64,000 bases of DNA from a virus (taxonomy: Duplodnaviria > Caudoviricetes). Shown in pieces: positions 58,802-64,000 of this stretch. A program made the translations under genes and the position numbers. Positions within the stretch are counted from its first letter, which is position 1; the number at the start of each line of letters is the position of its first letter. Under the pieces are notes generated by a model. That model was not told where the DNA came from, ran no database searches, and was given only the letters and a program-made list of their open reading frames with translations. The stretch lies in IMG/VR virus record IMGVR_UViG_3300014000_000001, positions 64,001 through 128,000 of that record; one strand, written 5' to 3'.

Positions 58802-60931
58802 ATGATGAACAAGTATGATAAGGATAGAGTCAAGTTCTATCGTTATGTTCAAATCCATCCTGAAGCAACAGGGACGGCAGGATTAAACTTCGCCCCTTAT
58901 AAAGTTTCTTCACCCAGACTACATATGTTGGCATCCCATATGGGGCAAAAACCTGCAATCATTCATGGTGAACCTCCTCTAGTTTACACAACTGTGGAAC
59001 GAGCTTATGCTGAAAGATTACATGTTATTGAAACACCAGCAAAGATCATTGTGCGAGAGGTTATTAGCAAATATTCATCGCTTACACCTTATGATCAAAA
59101 CCCACCTCTCACTTTAGTTATCTTCGAAAGAGCTGATACAGGTGAGATCGATGTCTTAGAGATTCCTCAAAATTACTGCAACCATCAAACATTCGGTTTC
59201 CGTTACATTCGAACTGCAGTGATGGAATCTATTTATCCAGGTCAGGTGATTGATGAGGGAGTTATTTTAGCAAAACCTGACACTCTAAATGATGATGGTG
59301 ATTGGTGCTTTGGACGTAATGTTCGAATGGGTTTCTTACCTTCAGAACCAGGGATTGAAGATGGCCTTTGTATCTCCGAATCTACGGCACGTAATTTTGC
59401 CATGTACGGTTACGGCACTGTGGAGATGTCGTTCGGTAAAAACAAAATCCCATTAAACACTTATGGCGATGATGATAATTATATTCCTTTTCCAAGTATT
59501 GGGGATATTATCAAACCTTCAGGCATCATCATGTCTGGTCGGGAATTTGATCCTAATCTCGCCCCAGGTAACATGACTAAGAAGTCCCTACAGAATACTA
59601 ACCAAACTGATGAGTCAGTATATGGCATTCCAGGGGCAAGAGTTGTTGGGATTCGAATCATCCGTGGTACGAATCAGTCCAATAACTTACCTCAAGAAGT
59701 TGATGATTATGTTGGAATCTTCACAAACAAAGATCAAGCATATCATAACTCAATCCTGAAACTCCACAATAACTTGAAGAAACAATATCAGTCAGAACAA
59801 TATACTGATACCAATGCTTGGCGTTGGCTTGTAACTGATGCGATGTTTGCATTAAACAAGAAAACAGGAATCAAAAAGGAAGCGTATCGTGGCGTTCCTT
59901 TAGATGATCTTCAAGTTATCATTCAATACGAATATATTTATATTCCAAACAAAGGAGCAAAATTCACAGGTCGTCAAGGTGATAAGGCGGTTGTTACCCG
60001 AATCAAACCTGACCATCTGATGCCGCGAGATGCGCGTGGTAATTATCTAGACGCATACATGGATGATTCATCAACCTCGAACCGAATGAATCCAGTGCGC
60101 TTGGATGAAATGGCAATTAATAGTTGTATGGAAACAGCTTTAATTGAGATTCGCGAAGCTTACGAACGTGATAATAATTTAGATCGTGCTTGGGCAATAT
60201 TGCGTGAAGCAATGGATTTCTTAAGTCCACTTACTGTGGATGCAATGGACGCTATTCAGTCACGCGATGCAATGCGTGAAGACATTGAATTCATGTTGTT
60301 ATCCCGCGAAGAAATTCCACCGCATTATGTTCCAGGAATTCGGGTAGCTTTACCGCCTGATAATCCAGTAGACTATCTTGCGGCTTTGGCAGCGTTGAAG
60401 AAACGTTTCCCACCGTTGAAGGATTATTTGTGGATTACTAACGATGACGGTACTGTAGTTCCAACATTAGAACCTACCCTCACAGGTTTTACCTACATGA
60501 TCCCGTTAGAACGTCAAGCGAATAAGTTCTCAGCAGCTTCGTCTCCTAAACGTCAACATCACGGTATTCCAGTAAAACCTTCTAAACGTGCGCGATTATC
60601 TGCACCAATTAACGACTCACCAACGCGCGATAAGGGCGAGGATGAAACTCGTGGAGGTATTTCAATTATGGGCGGTAATGTAATGGCTGAAAGTTTCGAC
60701 CGCAGCTTGAACCCATATGCACACCAGCAAGAATGTCGTTCAATTTATGCTGCAAGAAATCCAGCAAGAATCACAAACACTGTTCCAAGACATGATTATC
60801 AAATTGATCCAACGGTTGCAAGGCAAAAGGTGATCCCAATCACTGGTGGTCGAGTAGTTGAAATTCGAGATCATGTGTTACGTTGCGGCGGTGTAGTCTT
60901 CACTATGGGTGAGGATGGGGATCGGGTGTGA
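58802..60931 (+). CDS. Non-virion RNA polymerase beta subunit, C-terminal part (phiKZ gp71-73-like)
   Basis: SSPR..M..SH.GQ, IEDG..ISES, GAKFTGRQGDKAVV, RMN..R, GEDE.R motifs; uninterrupted. Confidence 0.9.
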   Translation: MMNKYDKDRVKFYRYVQIHPEATGTAGLNFAPYKVSSPRLHMLASHMGQKPAIIHGEPPLVYTTVERAYAERLHVIETPAKIIVREVISKYSSLTPYDQNPPLTLVIFERADTGEIDVLEIPQNYCNHQTFGFRYIRTAVMESIYPGQVIDEGVILAKPDTLNDDGDWCFGRNVRMGFLPSEPGIEDGLCISESTARNFAMYGYGTVEMSFGKNKIPLNTYGDDDNYIPFPSIGDIIKPSGIIMSGREFDPNLAPGNMTKKSLQNTNQTDESVYGIPGARVVGIRIIRGTNQSNNLPQEVDDYVGIFTNKDQAYHNSILKLHNNLKKQYQSEQYTDTNAWRWLVTDAMFALNKKTGIKKEAYRGVPLDDLQVIIQYEYIYIPNKGAKFTGRQGDKAVVTRIKPDHLMPRDARGNYLDAYMDDSSTSNRMNPVRLDEMAINSCMETALIEIREAYERDNNLDRAWAILREAMDFLSPLTVDAMDAIQSRDAMREDIEFMLLSREEIPPHYVPGIRVALPPDNPVDYLAALAALKKRFPPLKDYLWITNDDGTVVPTLEPTLTGFTYMIPLERQANKFSAASSPKRQHHGIPVKPSKRARLSAPINDSPTRDKGEDETRGGISIMGGNVMAESFDRSLNPYAHQQECRSIYAARNPARITNTVPRHDYQIDPTVARQKVIPITGGRVVEIRDHVLRCGGVVFTMGEDGDRV

Positions 60932-60961
60932 AAACACCCTCTTTTAATACAGAGGTGAGAT

Positions 60962-63064
60962 ATGCTGATTTCAATTCATGAGATCATGGGAAAATCAATA
61001 CAGGATGTCATTGATGAATTCCATGAACGTAAGGAAGAGTTCCAAATACAATTTGATGATGGGATTTTAGCTTGTGATGGTTGCATGATCGTGTGGGATC
61101 GCTTCATCTGGGAATATTACATACATTTACCTGTTAGGATTCCAGCATTAATGAAATACTCTTTAGCAGGAGGAAAAGTTAAATTCAGTCCACATGCACC
61201 GCTAGATCAATGTACTCTGATGTATCGTGATTATTTAGACTTATACGAGTTTACTGAAAACGATTTAGATGATAGTTACATGAACCGCATCGTCTATAAG
61301 AATGTTATTAATGGATTGTATAACTTCTGTGTGGAATATCTAGACGCATACGTGCAAGGTGCAGACACCTTCGATTTAATTGACATCATGAATCATCCTC
61401 CGATTCGTGAAGCTAACGAGAAGATCAAGAACCAAAGCTATGATCCAACTCCAGAAGAAATCAACGCTGTGCACGATATCGTGGAATATGAGCTTTTAAA
61501 TTCTAAAGAATTGAATCGTAACCCTTGGGCGATTGCTTTGCGTTGTAAAGCAATCAAAATGCCACAGTTCCAAATGATGGTAAGTTCAGTAGGTTATTGT
61601 ACTGATATTAACTCGTCATTATTCCCAAGACCATTAAGATGTGGGTTCTACGAAGGTAATGCTAAATTATGGGAGTTTGCGATAGAATCGCGTAACGCAT
61701 CGATTGCATCATTGTATAATGAATTGATCATGCCAATCTCTCAGTATGCTAACCGACGTTATCAGTTGATCTGTCAGCCAATGCGTTGGGTGGTGAGGGC
61801 GGATTGTGGTGCTCGGCGTTATAAAGAAACTTTAATTACTGATCAACGTAAACTTAACCGAATGGAAGGTTTATGGCGGTATGATGAGGTGACCAATAGC
61901 TTGCAACCACTGAAACCTACAGATACACACTTGATCGGGAAATTAATAAAACACAGAAGTTCTATATACTGTGATTGGAATGGTTCTCGCTCAGAAGTAT
62001 GTGCTGTATGTCATGGGCGTTTGTACCGATCAGTGATGAAGTTTGCCCCAGATTCACAATCTAGTGCTAAAGGTAATAATGTTGGACACATTGCTGCAAT
62101 CTCTGTTGGTGAGAAAAACTCATCGATTGTATTATCGAGAAAGCATCAAAACTCAACATCTGTAGCATCGAAGATGGTGTTAAGTATCGAGCAGAGTACT
62201 TATCTTGATGTGAGTGAAGATGGTCGTTATTTGTTGTTACATACCAAGTATCGTCCAATGAACAAACTGAAGATTCTCCTGCATAAAGATCAAGTGGAAA
62301 AACTACATGATGTGAGTGCTGGTATCATTGATACTACTTCACCTTCCTCTATTTCCCAAATTGAAAACTTTGTTATCATTGATGAAACCTTAGATGATGT
62401 GAATAACCGATTACCAATTACAATCGGTTCGAAACAACGTACGGGTTATTTGTCGGTAGATGCACTGGAATATATTAAGGATAAAGGTTGGGAATTTGAT
62501 GAACAACAGAACTTAATTATCGATTTAAAAGATTGGGATAAACGACACCCATTCTTTAATGTACCTCAAATTGAGTTCTCTCCTCCCGAATTTATTGAGG
62601 AGCTGACCAGTTTTATGCTTGGACCTTCGAAGCCTGCGAAAGAAGGTAAGAAAGGGGACAAGTTTAAAAAGGACACAATTGAAATACGTAGACTTGATAG
62701 TTATAAAACCCCTGATAAGGCGGTGGATGCGTTATATGAGGAAATCCAAGAACATCTGGATGTACACTATTCACATCTATCTATCATCGTGATTGCGTTA
62801 TCTGCAAACGATCCAATCAATGATGACTATCGTCTACCTTACCCGCGTTATAAAGGAACTATTGTCACTGAAACTCCATTGGTTGACAATAACTCTGCAG
62901 GGATGTCAATGGCTTACGAAAAACAGCATAAGATCTTATCTTCGCCAGCTACGTATGTCTTACACCGTCGCCGAGGACATCCTTTAGATGCATTATTGTT
63001 GAGTAGGGTGTATGGTAACATTAAGAAAGTACTCCCACCACTTCATGGTTGTAACGAACGATAG
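60962..63064 (+). CDS. Non-virion RNA polymerase beta' subunit, C-terminal part (phiKZ gp74-like)
   Basis: ESR.A, Y.NRR.QL, DCG, RS..YC...VC.VC.G zinc site, NVGH.AA. Confidence 0.88.
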   Translation: MLISIHEIMGKSIQDVIDEFHERKEEFQIQFDDGILACDGCMIVWDRFIWEYYIHLPVRIPALMKYSLAGGKVKFSPHAPLDQCTLMYRDYLDLYEFTENDLDDSYMNRIVYKNVINGLYNFCVEYLDAYVQGADTFDLIDIMNHPPIREANEKIKNQSYDPTPEEINAVHDIVEYELLNSKELNRNPWAIALRCKAIKMPQFQMMVSSVGYCTDINSSLFPRPLRCGFYEGNAKLWEFAIESRNASIASLYNELIMPISQYANRRYQLICQPMRWVVRADCGARRYKETLITDQRKLNRMEGLWRYDEVTNSLQPLKPTDTHLIGKLIKHRSSIYCDWNGSRSEVCAVCHGRLYRSVMKFAPDSQSSAKGNNVGHIAAISVGEKNSSIVLSRKHQNSTSVASKMVLSIEQSTYLDVSEDGRYLLLHTKYRPMNKLKILLHKDQVEKLHDVSAGIIDTTSPSSISQIENFVIIDETLDDVNNRLPITIGSKQRTGYLSVDALEYIKDKGWEFDEQQNLIIDLKDWDKRHPFFNVPQIEFSPPEFIEELTSFMLGPSKPAKEGKKGDKFKKDTIEIRRLDSYKTPDKAVDALYEEIQEHLDVHYSHLSIIVIALSANDPINDDYRLPYPRYKGTIVTETPLVDNNSAGMSMAYEKQHKILSSPATYVLHRRRGHPLDALLLSRVYGNIKKVLPPLHGCNER

Positions 63065-64000
63065 GAAAATCATTCAGCCGATATATGACTATTATCGTAA
63101 TCAACTTTCGGTCTTCAAGTTTGGTCGTAGTAAAAACAACAGAGGACCGAAGGAAATCGATAAGACGTTTGCATCAGCAAATAAGGAACGAACGCATTTT
63201 CGGATGCACATTAACTCGTTCCAAGATTTCATTCGTTATATGGCACATCGCGGTATTCCCGAGGCAACCTGGGATATCGAAGAAGTGGAGATGTACAAGC
63301 CAAAACCTGCAAAGTTTAAGTGTACGTTTCCACATCCACTTAGACCCAAACAGGTTGAAATTAAAGACTTCATCTTTACAAACAAAGATGGAACCGTTCC
63401 ATTAACAGACATACCACGACCCGCGTTAGATATATTGAGGATGCATCCAACGCGAGTCATCCCATTACAAATGGGGGGTGGTAAAACATTGATCGCTTTA
63501 TATTGCGCTGCGTTGTTGGGCGTACGCACAATGATTGAGATCGCCCCGCGGTATCGTGAGAACTGGGTGAAGAATGTATATGGGGATGAAAGAAAACTAG
63601 ACGTCGATGAAAAAGATGTGTTAGTGATTCAATCTACCCCTGACTTAATTCGAGCTATTCGTAAGGCGAAATCCAAATACGAGAAGTTTGATTATAAGAT
63701 CATTATTTGCCATAAGACCACGATTTCTAATTTTATCAAAGCTTATGTGAGAGGTGAACCACAGTTTAAGGACTATGGTATTAAGGTAGAGGACTTATAT
63801 AAAGTACTCGGTGTAGGGTTGATTATCCGTGATGAAGTACATGAAGAACTTCACGCGAATGCCAACCAAGACTTACATAGACATGTACCGATGGTGATTA
63901 ATCTTTCAGCAACACTGGAATTTGATGATCCTAAAGTAGATGATATGTGTAGAATTGTATTCCCTATTGTTGATCGTTTTAATGCGGGGGAATGGAATAA
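63012..64000 (+). CDS. SF2 helicase (phiKZ gp75-like), 3' truncated; absent from the ORF track
   Basis: Open frame from ATG 63012 to the window end: LRPKQ (Q motif), LQMGGGKT, IRDEVH, LSAT. Confidence 0.88.
   Translation, partial: MVTLRKYSHHFMVVTNDRKIIQPIYDYYRNQLSVFKFGRSKNNRGPKEIDKTFASANKERTHFRMHINSFQDFIRYMAHRGIPEATWDIEEVEMYKPKPAKFKCTFPHPLRPKQVEIKDFIFTNKDGTVPLTDIPRPALDILRMHPTRVIPLQMGGGKTLIALYCAALLGVRTMIEIAPRYRENWVKNVYGDERKLDVDEKDVLVIQSTPDLIRAIRKAKSKYEKFDYKIIICHKTTISNFIKAYVRGEPQFKDYGIKVEDLYKVLGVGLIIRDEVHEELHANANQDLHRHVPMVINLSATLEFDDPKVDDMCRIVFPIVDRFNAGEWN

Noticed and set aside
58802-60931. Intron or intein in the nvRNAP beta subunit (interrupted in phiKZ)
   Set aside because: ORF is continuous with all motifs in frame and no insertion evident
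63085-63405. 106-aa ORF in the track
   Set aside because: Out-of-frame shadow of the helicase that starts at 63012 and runs off the window
1-64000. tRNA/rRNA genes and stop-codon recoding
   Set aside because: No cloverleaf with T-loop and CCA recognised by eye; conserved genes are intact under the standard code and use all three stops

Overview
64 kb of an AT-rich phiKZ-related, nucleus-forming jumbo phage (Chimalliviridae-like). In order, it holds: (1) two virion-protein genes and the large terminase; (2) a ~27 kb accessory/early region with mostly hypothetical genes plus a nucleotide kinase, RlpA, an M15A peptidase and an insertion-bearing ThyA; (3) the conserved core block of family-B DNA polymerase, chimallin (ChmA), nvRNAP beta' subunit, SbcD, ChmC-like protein, nvRNAP specificity subunit, PicA/Imp1-like protein, nvRNAP beta and beta' subunits, and a truncated SF2 helicase. 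The most notable element is a group I intron (45688-48118) splitting the catalytic NADFDGD motif. It carries two ORFs, an HNH endonuclease and an apparently catalytically dead acidic paralog, looped out by a perfect 27-bp inverted repeat. Also notable are a ~320-nt structured minus-strand ncRNA candidate (~14270-14582), a type I toxin-like peptide locus (26251-26471), a cluster of GA/GNA DNA hairpins resembling an origin/primosome site (23187-23560), a 12-copy promoter motif and a family of palindromic terminators. phiKZ gene-number correspondences come from motif recognition and synteny recalled from memory, not from database searches.
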